This document shows positions 1 through 8,940 of a stretch of 64,000 nucleotides of DNA, in pieces. Below the pieces are notes generated by a model. The model was given only the letters and a program-made list of their open reading frames with translations. It had not been told where the DNA came from and ran no database searches. Both the position numbers and the translations under genes were made by a program. How positions within the stretch are numbered: position 1 is the first letter of the stretch; each line of letters opens with the position of its first letter. The stretch lies in NCBI GenBank assembly GCA_003282985.1, contig QBYE01000003.1, positions 1,236-65,235 of the forward strand, given 5' to 3'. Origin of the DNA: Pelagibacteraceae bacterium AG-325-E08 (GTDB lineage Bacteria; Pseudomonadota; Alphaproteobacteria; Pelagibacterales; Pelagibacteraceae).

Positions 1-12
1 TAGATCCTGAAC

Positions 13-309
13 CTATTCAGTACTAAACCCCTCAATAATTTGCATATGTCTCGTCGTTGTTTCTTTAGCTAAATTCCAACCAGCTAAATATTCTTTTGAC
101 TCATGACATTTTAACGCTTGTTCATAACTTGGAAATTCCCAAACCACTGTTCTAACGAAGTCATCTCCATCGAATGTTTTATGATTTCCCCCTCTTACTA
201 GAGGAACTCCACCAAATCCTTTAATTATAGGTGTTACTGTTTCAGCGTATTTTTTTAAATTTTCTTGATTATCTATTTTTAGATATAAACTTATCCAATA
301 TGCTTTCAT
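13..309 (-). CDS. DUF1330 domain-containing protein
   Basis: 98 aa; GG..LVRGG, VVWEFPSYEQA..C.ES.EY pattern typical of DUF1330; AGGAG-type RBS upstream. Confidence 0.8.
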   Translation of the reverse strand: MKAYWISLYLKIDNQENLKKYAETVTPIIKGFGGVPLVRGGNHKTFDGDDFVRTVVWEFPSYEQALKCHESKEYLAGWNLAKETTTRHMQIIEGFSTE

Positions 310-352
310 GATTTCTCCTTTTTAAATAATTTTAATTATGATAATAGATTTC

Positions 353-874
353 ATGGCAGAGAAATTAATCATCGAATTTGATGAATATACTAAAATTGTT
401 GAGAAATTAGCAATAGAAATTCACAAAAGTTATAAACCCACAGTTCTTGTAGGAATTATGAGAGGTGCTGCACCAATAATTGATATTTTATCTAGAATTT
501 TAAAACTTCCAATTGCTTATATAGTCATCCAAAGTTATTCAGGTGAGGGCATGGAGGACAAGCAAGGTCAATTAATGTTTGCAAGAGAAATAAGTTCTTT
601 AGCAAAAAATGAGGATTTTAATAAGGTACTTTTAATTGATGACTTATCAGACACTGGGCTTACTTTAAACAAAAGTATTGAATGGTTAAAAAATTATGCT
701 CCAATCAAAAGCTACATTAAAGAAGTTAAAACCGCATGTTTATGGAAAAAGAAATCTTCATCTTTTGAGCCTGATTTCTGCTCTGTAAAATTAGACTCAG
801 ATCCTTGGATTGTTCAGCCAACCGAGCACTATGAGGAACTATCTATTCATAAATTAATTGAAAAAAATAAATAG
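353..874 (+). CDS. Type I phosphoribosyltransferase (xanthine/hypoxanthine-guanine PRT-like)
   Basis: LVGIMRG, SY and VLLIDDLSDTGLTL PRPP-binding loop, WIVQP at the C-terminus; start 353 preferred over 338. Confidence 0.85.
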   Translation: MAEKLIIEFDEYTKIVEKLAIEIHKSYKPTVLVGIMRGAAPIIDILSRILKLPIAYIVIQSYSGEGMEDKQGQLMFAREISSLAKNEDFNKVLLIDDLSDTGLTLNKSIEWLKNYAPIKSYIKEVKTACLWKKKSSSFEPDFCSVKLDSDPWIVQPTEHYEELSIHKLIEKNK

Positions 875-897
875 GGCCAGATTTAACTGGCCCTATT
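870..897. terminator. Bidirectional intrinsic terminator
   Basis: AATAGGGCCAG-atttaa-CTGGCCCTATT perfect 11-bp stem between two convergent genes. Confidence 0.85.
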
Positions 898-905
898 AAA
901 TTTGT

Positions 906-2216
906 TTAAGCAACTGCAAAACTCACAACACTTAATACTGCAACAACCCATATCGCAGGTGATGTACTTGAAAATTTTCCAGTAAATATTTTAATTAATG
1001 CATAAGACACAAATGCTAACGCAATACCATTACTTATACTATACGTTAAAGGCATTGCTATCATTGCAAGAATTGCTGGAGCAGACTCTGAAATATCATT
1101 CCACTCTATATCTGTAATATTTCTTATGAAAAGAACAGACACAAATAGCAATGCGGCACCATCAATTTGCTTAGGCAAACTGGTTGCTAAAGGAGCAAAA
1201 AATATACAAGCTAGGAATAATATACCTATTACTAATGAGGTCATTCCAGTTTTTCCTCCAGCTTTTACACCTGCTCCAGACTCTACATAACTCGTAACAG
1301 TAGTAGTTCCCATCATTGCACCGGCAACAGTACCAACACTGTCAGATAACATTGCCTTATTAATGTCTTGAACTTTACCATCTTTCCCAACCTTACCAGC
1401 TACATTAGCAACTGAGGTTAGAGTTCCAGCAGTGTCAAAGAAGTCAATAAATAATAGTGTAAATATTACAGTAGACATCCCTGCAGTCATTGCTGCAGAT
1501 AGATCAAATTCAAACAAGTATGTCATTGGAGGTGGTGCGCTTGCAATACCATTAAATTTAGCTAGTCCCGCAGCCCAAGCAATAATACTAAAAACTAGAA
1601 TACCAATAATTATGTTTCCTTTAACATTCATTTTTTCTAGAACTATGATCGCTATAAACGTTGCACATCCTAGTAAAACTAAAGGATCACTAAGATCACC
1701 CAATTGTACTAAGGTTACTGGATTATCAACTACCACTTCCATAATTTGTAGGCCAATTATTGCTAGGAAAAGACCGATACCCGCGCCGATCCCAAGTTTT
1801 AAACTTTTAGGGATAGAATTTATTAACCAAGCTCTAATCGGCGTTAAAGAAATGATTAAAAATAATACTCCAGCAACCAATACTGCACCTAAAGCTTCTT
1901 GAGGTGTGTATCCCATACCAGCACAAACTCCAAAAGCTACAAATGCATTAATTCCCATTCCTGGAGCAAGTCCTATTGGCCAAGTTTTTCCATAAAAAGC
2001 CATTATAAAACATGCTAAAGCTGTAGCTAAAATAGTAGCTGTATAAACTGCGCCGAAATCAAAGAAACCTTTATCAGGTCCGGCAAATTCCCCCGATAAT
2101 ATAAATGGATTTAAAAACATTATATAAGCCATGGTTAAAAACGTAGTTGTTCCGGCTATTACTTCAGTTTTAAAATCTGTTTTGTGTTTTTTATAATTGA
2201 AATAATTTTCAAGCAT
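906..2216 (-). CDS. NCS2/AzgA-family purine (adenine/guanine/hypoxanthine) permease
   Basis: TEVIAGTTTFLTMAYI, APGMGINAF, DFFDTAGTL, SYVESGAGV..GGKTG, PLTYSISNG motifs; GGAGG RBS. Confidence 0.92.
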   Translation of the reverse strand: MLENYFNYKKHKTDFKTEVIAGTTTFLTMAYIMFLNPFILSGEFAGPDKGFFDFGAVYTATILATALACFIMAFYGKTWPIGLAPGMGINAFVAFGVCAGMGYTPQEALGAVLVAGVLFLIISLTPIRAWLINSIPKSLKLGIGAGIGLFLAIIGLQIMEVVVDNPVTLVQLGDLSDPLVLLGCATFIAIIVLEKMNVKGNIIIGILVFSIIAWAAGLAKFNGIASAPPPMTYLFEFDLSAAMTAGMSTVIFTLLFIDFFDTAGTLTSVANVAGKVGKDGKVQDINKAMLSDSVGTVAGAMMGTTTVTSYVESGAGVKAGGKTGMTSLVIGILFLACIFFAPLATSLPKQIDGAALLFVSVLFIRNITDIEWNDISESAPAILAMIAMPLTYSISNGIALAFVSYALIKIFTGKFSSTSPAIWVVAVLSVVSFAVA

Positions 2217-2343
2217 TTATCCTCCTATTAGAGAAATAATTATTTGATTCTTTTTGAAATTACCTTTTAAAACTAGCCTTTATTCACATATTTCAACTCA
2301 GAAGTTTATATTTATGCCATAATTAGGTTGTTATGATTGAATT

Positions 2344-2649
2344 ATGAAGAAATTAAAAATTATTTTTACAAGCTTTATTGTAATAATGATTCTATCAGGT
2401 TGTCAGACTATTAAACAAAAAACAGATGCTATCGTCGAAAAAGAAAATCAAAAATTAAGTAAATATATTGGCAAATCCTCAAGTGTTTTGCAGATAGATT
2501 TAGGAAAACCAGATGAGGACTTTAAAAACGATAAGGGTAACTTAGTATTTATTTATAATACAAAAAAATATGGAATTCCTTGTGAAAGAAGATTTGAAGT
2601 AGATTCAAACTCTGTTGTTGTTGGTTTTGTATCTAACGGTTGTTTTTAA
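2344..2649 (+). CDS. Small lipoprotein of unknown function
   Basis: Signal peptide with lipobox ILSG-C; LGKPD motif; two further Cys. Confidence 0.7.
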   Translation: MKKLKIIFTSFIVIMILSGCQTIKQKTDAIVEKENQKLSKYIGKSSSVLQIDLGKPDEDFKNDKGNLVFIYNTKKYGIPCERRFEVDSNSVVVGFVSNGCF

Positions 2650-2653
2650 GGAT

Positions 2654-2680
2654 ACCTGTGGGGAATTGCACCCCACAAGC
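2654..2680. terminator. GC-rich hairpin between convergent lipoprotein and ibpA genes
   Basis: TGTGGGG-aattgca-CCCCACA stem; no clear U-tract. Confidence 0.55.
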
Positions 2681-2690
2681 AAGGTTTGAC

Positions 2691-3137
2691 TTATTTTATT
2701 TCTATAAGCTTTTTCTTCTTATGCTCTGGAACAATTCTTTCGCAAGATATTGTTAAAAGACCATCTTTAAGCTCGGCATCATTAACTTTTACGTCATCAG
2801 CAATAGTAAATGATCTTGCGAATTGTCTTTGAGAAATACCTTTATGAATTATTTCTCCATCAGCATTATTATTATCTGATTTATTAACTTGTTTTGTTCT
2901 TACTGTTAATAAATTATCCTCAAACTCAACTTCGACATCTTTTTTATTAAAACCAGCTAAAGCAACTTCTATTGCGTAGTTATCCTTTCCAGTTTTTCTG
3001 ATGTTATAGGGTGGGTAGTTTGACTGCATCGTCAAAGCACCATTCCCTAACATATTTTCGAATTGATCAAACATATCGTCGAATCCAATTGAAAATGGTC
3101 TAAGTGAGTTAAATATAGATAAATCCTTACTTGTCAT
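2691..3137 (-). CDS. ibpA: Small heat shock protein, Hsp20/IbpA family
   Basis: SIGFD, NYPPYNI, IEVALAGF, IHKGISQRQFARSF, A.LKDGLL alpha-crystallin motifs. Confidence 0.92.
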   Translation of the reverse strand: MTSKDLSIFNSLRPFSIGFDDMFDQFENMLGNGALTMQSNYPPYNIRKTGKDNYAIEVALAGFNKKDVEVEFEDNLLTVRTKQVNKSDNNNADGEIIHKGISQRQFARSFTIADDVKVNDAELKDGLLTISCERIVPEHKKKKLIEIK

Positions 3138-3195
3138 ATTATCCTCCTTTGTTAAGCAAGTTTATATTTTATAAGTCCCATTAGGCGACTTACTA
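3138..3195 (-). promoter_or_regulatory. ROSE-like RNA thermometer in the ibpA 5' UTR
   Basis: On the minus strand: hairpin UAAGUC..GACUUA, then CUUGCU-uaaca-AAGGAGG, the ROSE U(U/C)GCU motif positioned to pair with the SD. Confidence 0.65.
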
Positions 3196-3200
3196 GTTTT

Positions 3201-3228
3201 ATTTAGGAACTAATTATTAATTTTCAAG
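3201..3228 (-). promoter_or_regulatory. Sigma32 (RpoH)-type promoter of ibpA
   Basis: CTTGAA-N15-CCTAAAT on the minus strand. Confidence 0.75.
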
Positions 3229-3237
3229 ATATGGAAA

Positions 3238-5313
3238 TTAAATTTTTTTGGATATTTTTAGAGCGAATGCATAATCAAGAGCAATTTCCTCAATTGCCCC
3301 ATCTCTACCTGACTTACCTCCATGTCCAGCATTCATTTCAGTTTTTAGAAGCAATAAATTGTTGTCTGTTTTTAAGTCTCGAAGTTTAGCTGTGAATTTA
3401 GCTGGCTCATCAAATAATACTCGGTTATCACTTAAGCTTGTTGTAATTAACATATGAGGATAATCCATTTTTTTTATATTGTTATAAGGTGCATATGAAA
3501 AAATATAATTAAAATGATCTTTATTATCTTTGGCGTTTCCAAATTCATCAAATTCTCCAACAGTTAATGGTAAAGAATGATCGAGATTAGTAGTTAAAGA
3601 GTCAACAAATGGAACTGCCATTATAATTCCTAGAAACAATTCAGGAGCTTCATTAACTACTACGCCCATTAATAGCCCTCCTGCAGAGCCACCCATTCCT
3701 ATTATCTTGCCTTCAGAAGAATACTTGTTTTCAATTAGATATTTTGCAGCATAAATATAATCTTTAAAAGTATTTTTTTTATTTGTAAGCTTACCTTCCT
3801 TCCACCATTTCATACCTTTTTCCATTCCACCTCTTATATGTGCAGTTACCCAAATTATATCTCTATTAATTAGGCTTAATCTTGTTGATGAAAAACCGGG
3901 ACTCATTGAATTTCCATAAGATCCATAGCCGTACAACAATATATTTGCGGTTCCATCTATTTTAGTTTTTTTATGTCTTGTTATAGTCAGAGGAACTAAT
4001 CTTCCATCGTGAGATTTATATTCTACTCTTTCTACGATATAATCTTCTGAATTATGTCCAGAGGGTATTTCTTGTTCCTTAACTAATTTTTTATTTTTCG
4101 TTGAAAGATTATATAAATAAACTCTTGAGGGAGTTTTTGGTGAAGAATATCCAAGATAAATTTCATCTGTGTTTTTATCCTTTTGTCTCAAAGAAATATT
4201 GGGTACATAAACTTTTTCATCAGAAAAAACTATTTCCTCCTCTAGTCCTGTTGAAACATTTTTTACAAATAGTTTATCTAATGCGTCAGACACTTCAGAA
4301 CGAAGTATCCAGTTTTTTAAAAATACTAAACCTCCTATCAAAACTTCATTTTTGGCTTCGATAAAAGGCTTCCAATTTTGTGTTTCTAAATTATCTGAAA
4401 TATCTACCTTGAAGTCTTCAGCATCTTTATTTGTGTGATTATAAAATTTATTATCCCAAGAGTTTACAGAATATAAAATTCCTTTCTCCCTTTTTTTTAT
4501 TAATTTAGGTTTTGGTTTTTTTTCATCAACTTTGAAATAATATTGTTCTGAGGTATTATGATCTGAGGTTGTAATAAAATAATATTTTTCGTCTGAACTT
4601 ATATTAATCCCTACAGTAAACGCTTCACTTTTTTCCTCAAAAACCAGCTCATCAGAATTATTATGATTCCCAATTTTATGTCTAAAAATCTTTCTAGCTC
4701 GATGGTTTTTATCTAGTTTTGAGTAAAAGATATATTTATCATCTAAACTAAAAGTAATACCTCCTGATGTATTTGAGATTTCTTTTGTAATAATCTTATT
4801 AGAAATAATTTCTCTTACAAAAATTGTGTAATATTCTGACCCTTTTGTATCTAAAGAATAAGCGAGATATTTATCATCGTGACTGACCTCTAAATCACCA
4901 ACCCCAAAATACTCTACTCCTAATTTTTCTTTTTCTTTATCTCCATTCCAAATTTCCTCAATTTTATTTGTTTCAATTTTTCTTCTCAATTTTATTGAAT
5001 AATTTCCTTCAATTGTGGTCTTAGTCCAATATTCATATGTGTGATCTTTGTAGGGAAGGGACTCATCATCGAGTTTAATTCTTGCTTTTACTTCATCAAA
5101 TAATTTTTTTTGTAAATTTTTTGTGTCTTTTAAATGATATTCTGTGTAGTTATTTTCCTGTATCAAATATTCTTTTACTTCGGGTTCTAATTTATTTTTA
5201 TCTGTTAAAACTTCCAAAATATTTTTTTGATGTATCCAGCTATAATTGTCTTCCCAAGTGATATTGTGACAAGATTTTATTTCAGGTTTTTTCCTAAGTT
5301 GTGGTACTTTCAT
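3238..5313 (-). CDS. ptrB: Oligopeptidase B (peptidase S9A)
   Basis: EDNYSWI, LLYGYGSYG, AHIRGG, GGSAGG nucleophile, DNRV, MNAGHGG. Confidence 0.93.
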   Translation of the reverse strand: MKVPQLRKKPEIKSCHNITWEDNYSWIHQKNILEVLTDKNKLEPEVKEYLIQENNYTEYHLKDTKNLQKKLFDEVKARIKLDDESLPYKDHTYEYWTKTTIEGNYSIKLRRKIETNKIEEIWNGDKEKEKLGVEYFGVGDLEVSHDDKYLAYSLDTKGSEYYTIFVREIISNKIITKEISNTSGGITFSLDDKYIFYSKLDKNHRARKIFRHKIGNHNNSDELVFEEKSEAFTVGINISSDEKYYFITTSDHNTSEQYYFKVDEKKPKPKLIKKREKGILYSVNSWDNKFYNHTNKDAEDFKVDISDNLETQNWKPFIEAKNEVLIGGLVFLKNWILRSEVSDALDKLFVKNVSTGLEEEIVFSDEKVYVPNISLRQKDKNTDEIYLGYSSPKTPSRVYLYNLSTKNKKLVKEQEIPSGHNSEDYIVERVEYKSHDGRLVPLTITRHKKTKIDGTANILLYGYGSYGNSMSPGFSSTRLSLINRDIIWVTAHIRGGMEKGMKWWKEGKLTNKKNTFKDYIYAAKYLIENKYSSEGKIIGMGGSAGGLLMGVVVNEAPELFLGIIMAVPFVDSLTTNLDHSLPLTVGEFDEFGNAKDNKDHFNYIFSYAPYNNIKKMDYPHMLITTSLSDNRVLFDEPAKFTAKLRDLKTDNNLLLLKTEMNAGHGGKSGRDGAIEEIALDYAFALKISKKI

Positions 5314-5328
5314 AGCATAGAAAAATAT

Positions 5329-5832
5329 ATGAATATTATAATTTATACATTAGTTATATTGACAGCTTTTTACTTTTTGATGAAGTTTATTAGTAATATT
5401 TCATCAAAAAAGATATCTAAAAGTTTAAGATTCTTAATTATCTTAGGATTAATTGTTTTAGCAATTTTATTTGCTATAGGAGGAAAATATTTATTAACTT
5501 TGCCTCTAACCTTGGCTAGCCTTGCATTATTAAAGTTAAAAGGATTATCTCTTTTTCAATTAATATCGCTCTATAGATTGATTCAAACTTTGAGACAATC
5601 AGGACGATTTTCATTTAACCAACCTAGTACCAGAAACTCTTCTTCGATATCTATCCCAGAAGCATATAAGATTTTAAATTTAGATATAAGTAAAAAAATC
5701 ACCAAAGAAGAAGTAAATAAAGCTTATGTAAAAATACAAAAAAAAATACATCCAGATATTTCTCCTGAAACCTCAAGACTATCATCCATAGTTAACGAGG
5801 CAAAAGATATAGTTTTAAATGATATTTCTTAA
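5329..5832 (+). CDS. Membrane-anchored J-domain protein (Tim14/Pam18/TimB-like)
   Basis: N-terminal TM helices plus C-terminal EAYKILNL...IHPD...VNEAKD short J domain; start 5329 avoids overlap with ptrB. Confidence 0.75.
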   Translation: MNIIIYTLVILTAFYFLMKFISNISSKKISKSLRFLIILGLIVLAILFAIGGKYLLTLPLTLASLALLKLKGLSLFQLISLYRLIQTLRQSGRFSFNQPSTRNSSSISIPEAYKILNLDISKKITKEEVNKAYVKIQKKIHPDISPETSRLSSIVNEAKDIVLNDIS

Positions 5833-6788
5833 TTAAGAATTTCTATAACTTTCTTGTATACTTTCTCAGGATTAATTTTTTCTTTTCCATCAGTATGGTG
5901 ATTTACTGTTTCTACTCCCTCAGGAATTATTGGAAACATTCTTGAATTATAGTTTCCATAGATTATAGGAGTATCTACCATCAAAGTAATTGTTTTTATA
6001 CCTAGGGCTGCTGATAAATGACTAAAGCTACTATCGTTACAAATAGATAAATTACAATTTTTTATAATTGGCAAGGTTTCTTTAATAGAAAAATTATCCA
6101 AAGAGAAACAAATATTTTTAAATTTAGAGTTTAATATTTCATTCAATATGATTTGCTCTTCATTATTTTTACCAGTAGCAAGAAAAAATTTACAATTTTT
6201 AGTTTTGGATATTTTTTCGATAACAGATAAAAATATTTTTGATGGGACTCTTTTAGTTGGGCCAGAACCTCCAATACCTAAAAGTATATTTGTTTCATTT
6301 TTATTAATGTTAAATTTTTTAATTGAGTCTAATATTATCGAATTATCTATTTGAATTTCAGGATCTCCTGTAACCTTTAAATTTATTTTATCTATAAAAA
6401 ATTTTTTTGGGGTATCAATGATATGTTGATCAGTTTTTTGAAATAGTGGATATTGATAAATTTTAGAGATACCAGACAATCTAGCAATTAAATTAAATCT
6501 TAAAGATGAATTAAAAATGAAAATTTTTTCAAAATTTTCCTTTTTCAAATCTTTAATTAAATTGAGGCTACCTATAAAGCCTTTATGCTTATTATTATTT
6601 TTATCTCTTTCTAAAGTTATAATCTTATCAATATAATTTGTTTGATGTAAATATTGGTCAGCCTTTGAACTTTCTTTCACAAGTAAACTTATAGGTGAAT
6701 TATATTTTTTGAATAAAGCCTTAATAAAGGGAAGAAAGATTATAGTATCCCCAATTCCCATTCTATTTTGAACTGCTAATATTTTCAT
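5829..6788 (-). CDS. Glycosyltransferase family 9 (LPS heptosyltransferase-like)
   Basis: GIGD N-terminal motif, GGSGPTKR, ICNDSSFSHLSAALG. Confidence 0.85.
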   Translation of the reverse strand: MKILAVQNRMGIGDTIIFLPFIKALFKKYNSPISLLVKESSKADQYLHQTNYIDKIITLERDKNNNKHKGFIGSLNLIKDLKKENFEKIFIFNSSLRFNLIARLSGISKIYQYPLFQKTDQHIIDTPKKFFIDKINLKVTGDPEIQIDNSIILDSIKKFNINKNETNILLGIGGSGPTKRVPSKIFLSVIEKISKTKNCKFFLATGKNNEEQIILNEILNSKFKNICFSLDNFSIKETLPIIKNCNLSICNDSSFSHLSAALGIKTITLMVDTPIIYGNYNSRMFPIIPEGVETVNHHTDGKEKINPEKVYKKVIEILN

Positions 6789-6837
6789 ATGGTATTTATA
6801 AACTTTACTAGATATATTTTTTATATAAATTTTTATT

Positions 6838-7722
6838 ATGACAAAAATAAGTGGAATATTTGCAGCTACAATGTCAGTTTTTAATTCTGACTTAAGCCTT
6901 AATATAGAGAAAACAATAGAACATGCTGAAAACCTTATAGATCAGGGTTGTCATGGAACAGCAATATTTGGAAGTACGGGTCAGGCTCAACTAATATCTG
7001 TTTCAGAAAAAATCAAACTTCTAAATAATCTTTCAGCCAGTAAATATAAGGACAGGCATTTAATAGGCACAGGCTTAAACTCGTTGACTGAAACAATAAA
7101 TTTTATGAGAGTAGCTACTTCATTAAGTTTTAAAAAGTTTTTAATTATGCCTCCGGCGTATTACAAGTATGGTGATAAAGAAGTAATACAATTTTACTCA
7201 AAAATAATAGAAGCAGTCCCTTCGTGCAAGATTGTTCTTTATAATTTTGAGAAGCTTTGTGGGTATAAATTTAGCGTAGAATGTGTTGAGGAGCTTGTAA
7301 AAAAATTTCCAGATCAGATAGTAGGTGTTAAAGACAGTTCTTATAATTTATTTGAAAGTTTAAAATTAGAAAATTTTTCTATTTTTCCTGGTTCAGAACT
7401 TAAACTATTAAAAGGCCTACAGCTAGGCTGCTCAGGTATAATAACTGCAACTTGTAATGCAACAGCTGAACTTTCTAGAAAAGTTTATGATGATTTTTTT
7501 TCTGGAAAGAAACAATCTTATAATCAAAAATTGTGTGAAGTAAGAAAAAATTTTGATAAGTATAACCTGATTTCAGGATTACATACCTTTTATTCTAAAG
7601 AGAATAAAATTTATGAAAATATTTTACCTCCATTAAGACTTCTAAATGCGAATGAACAAAAAGATTTAATAGATAATTTGAATAATTTAGACTTTAAACT
7701 TAATTCTAAAATGGCAGCTTGA
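6838..7722 (+). CDS. Dihydrodipicolinate synthase/N-acetylneuraminate lyase family protein
   Basis: GSTGQ (GxxGE variant), PPAYYK, LYN, GVKDSS Schiff-base Lys. Confidence 0.85.
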   Translation: MTKISGIFAATMSVFNSDLSLNIEKTIEHAENLIDQGCHGTAIFGSTGQAQLISVSEKIKLLNNLSASKYKDRHLIGTGLNSLTETINFMRVATSLSFKKFLIMPPAYYKYGDKEVIQFYSKIIEAVPSCKIVLYNFEKLCGYKFSVECVEELVKKFPDQIVGVKDSSYNLFESLKLENFSIFPGSELKLLKGLQLGCSGIITATCNATAELSRKVYDDFFSGKKQSYNQKLCEVRKNFDKYNLISGLHTFYSKENKIYENILPPLRLLNANEQKDLIDNLNNLDFKLNSKMAA

Positions 7723-7723
7723 T

Positions 7724-8911
7724 ATGCAATTAGCTAGATTTTTAAACAAGGTTTTTAAAAAAGGTGGGTTCATTTTGACTGATGCTGATTCAAAAGATTA
7801 TATAATTGGAGAACCTGGAAATAATCCCATGAAATTAAAAATCTTAAAAAAGGATCTTAATTATAAATTATTATTTCACCCAGACTTATATTTTGGTGAG
7901 GCCTATACAAATGGAGAAATAGTTATTGAAAACGGTTCTCTTACTGATTTTTTAGATTTAGCTTTAATGAATTTTGGAAGAGGAGAATTGAATTTTTTTA
8001 GTTATTTAATTAACCGTCTAAGAGGCTCATATAGGTACCTAACAAATTTTAATTTTATAAAAAAATCAAAGATGAATGTATCCCATCACTATGATATCTC
8101 TGATGATTTGTATGATTTATTTTTAGATTCTAAAAGACAGTATTCTTGTGCATATTTTAAAAATGATAATGATACTTTAGAAGTAGCACAAAATAATAAG
8201 ATCCAACATATAATTAAAAAATTAAACATAAAAGATAATCAAAAAGTTTTAGATATAGGTTGTGGCTGGGGTTCATTAGCATTTGATATTGCCAAAGCTG
8301 CAAGTTGTGAAGTCACTGGGATTACTTTATCTGAGAATCAATTTAATTACTGTAATCAAAAAGCTAAAGATTTAAATTTAGAAAATCAGGTAAAGTTTAA
8401 GCTAATAGATTATAGAGAACTTAATGAAAAATTTGATAGAATAGTGAGTGTAGGGATGTTTGAACATGTAGGAAGAAAATTTTACAAAAAATTTTTTAAA
8501 CAAATAGAAAAACTTTTGAATGAAGATGGAGTATCTTTAATACACACAATAGGTTCAGTAAATCCACCAAGAGATCCTCATCCATGGATAACTAAATATA
8601 TTTTTCCAGGAGGGTATACTCCCAGCTTAAGTGAAGTAACAACTCCGATAGAAAAAGCAGGCTTGATTGTGACTGATATAGAGGTCTTAAGACTTCATTA
8701 TTCTCACACTTTGAGACATTGGAAAGAAAATTGCATAAAAAATAAGGAAAAAATTATTAAGATGTTTGATGATAGATTTTTTAGAATGTGGGAATTTTAT
8801 CTTGCTGGATGTGAGATGGCTTTCAAGTGGGGTGATCAAGTTGTATATCAATTTCAACTTTCGAAAAATTATAGCTCAACTCCAATGACAAGAGACTATA
8901 TTTATCAATAA
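7724..8911 (+). CDS. cfa: Cyclopropane-fatty-acyl-phospholipid synthase family methyltransferase
   Basis: HHYD, QYSCAYF, LDIGCGWG, VSVGMFEHVG, YIFPGG, RMWEFYL. Confidence 0.9.
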   Translation: MQLARFLNKVFKKGGFILTDADSKDYIIGEPGNNPMKLKILKKDLNYKLLFHPDLYFGEAYTNGEIVIENGSLTDFLDLALMNFGRGELNFFSYLINRLRGSYRYLTNFNFIKKSKMNVSHHYDISDDLYDLFLDSKRQYSCAYFKNDNDTLEVAQNNKIQHIIKKLNIKDNQKVLDIGCGWGSLAFDIAKAASCEVTGITLSENQFNYCNQKAKDLNLENQVKFKLIDYRELNEKFDRIVSVGMFEHVGRKFYKKFFKQIEKLLNEDGVSLIHTIGSVNPPRDPHPWITKYIFPGGYTPSLSEVTTPIEKAGLIVTDIEVLRLHYSHTLRHWKENCIKNKEKIIKMFDDRFFRMWEFYLAGCEMAFKWGDQVVYQFQLSKNYSSTPMTRDYIYQ

Positions 8912-8940
8912 ATTATTGATAGAATCTGATTTCCTCTAAA

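Noticed and set aside
1432-1902. 156-aa + strand ORF and other antisense ORFs in the track (e.g. 16816, 17988, 19760, 23403, 46913, 54763, 55681, 58094, 63748)
   Set aside because: They lie antisense to well-conserved genes and have no motifs; they are shadow ORFs.
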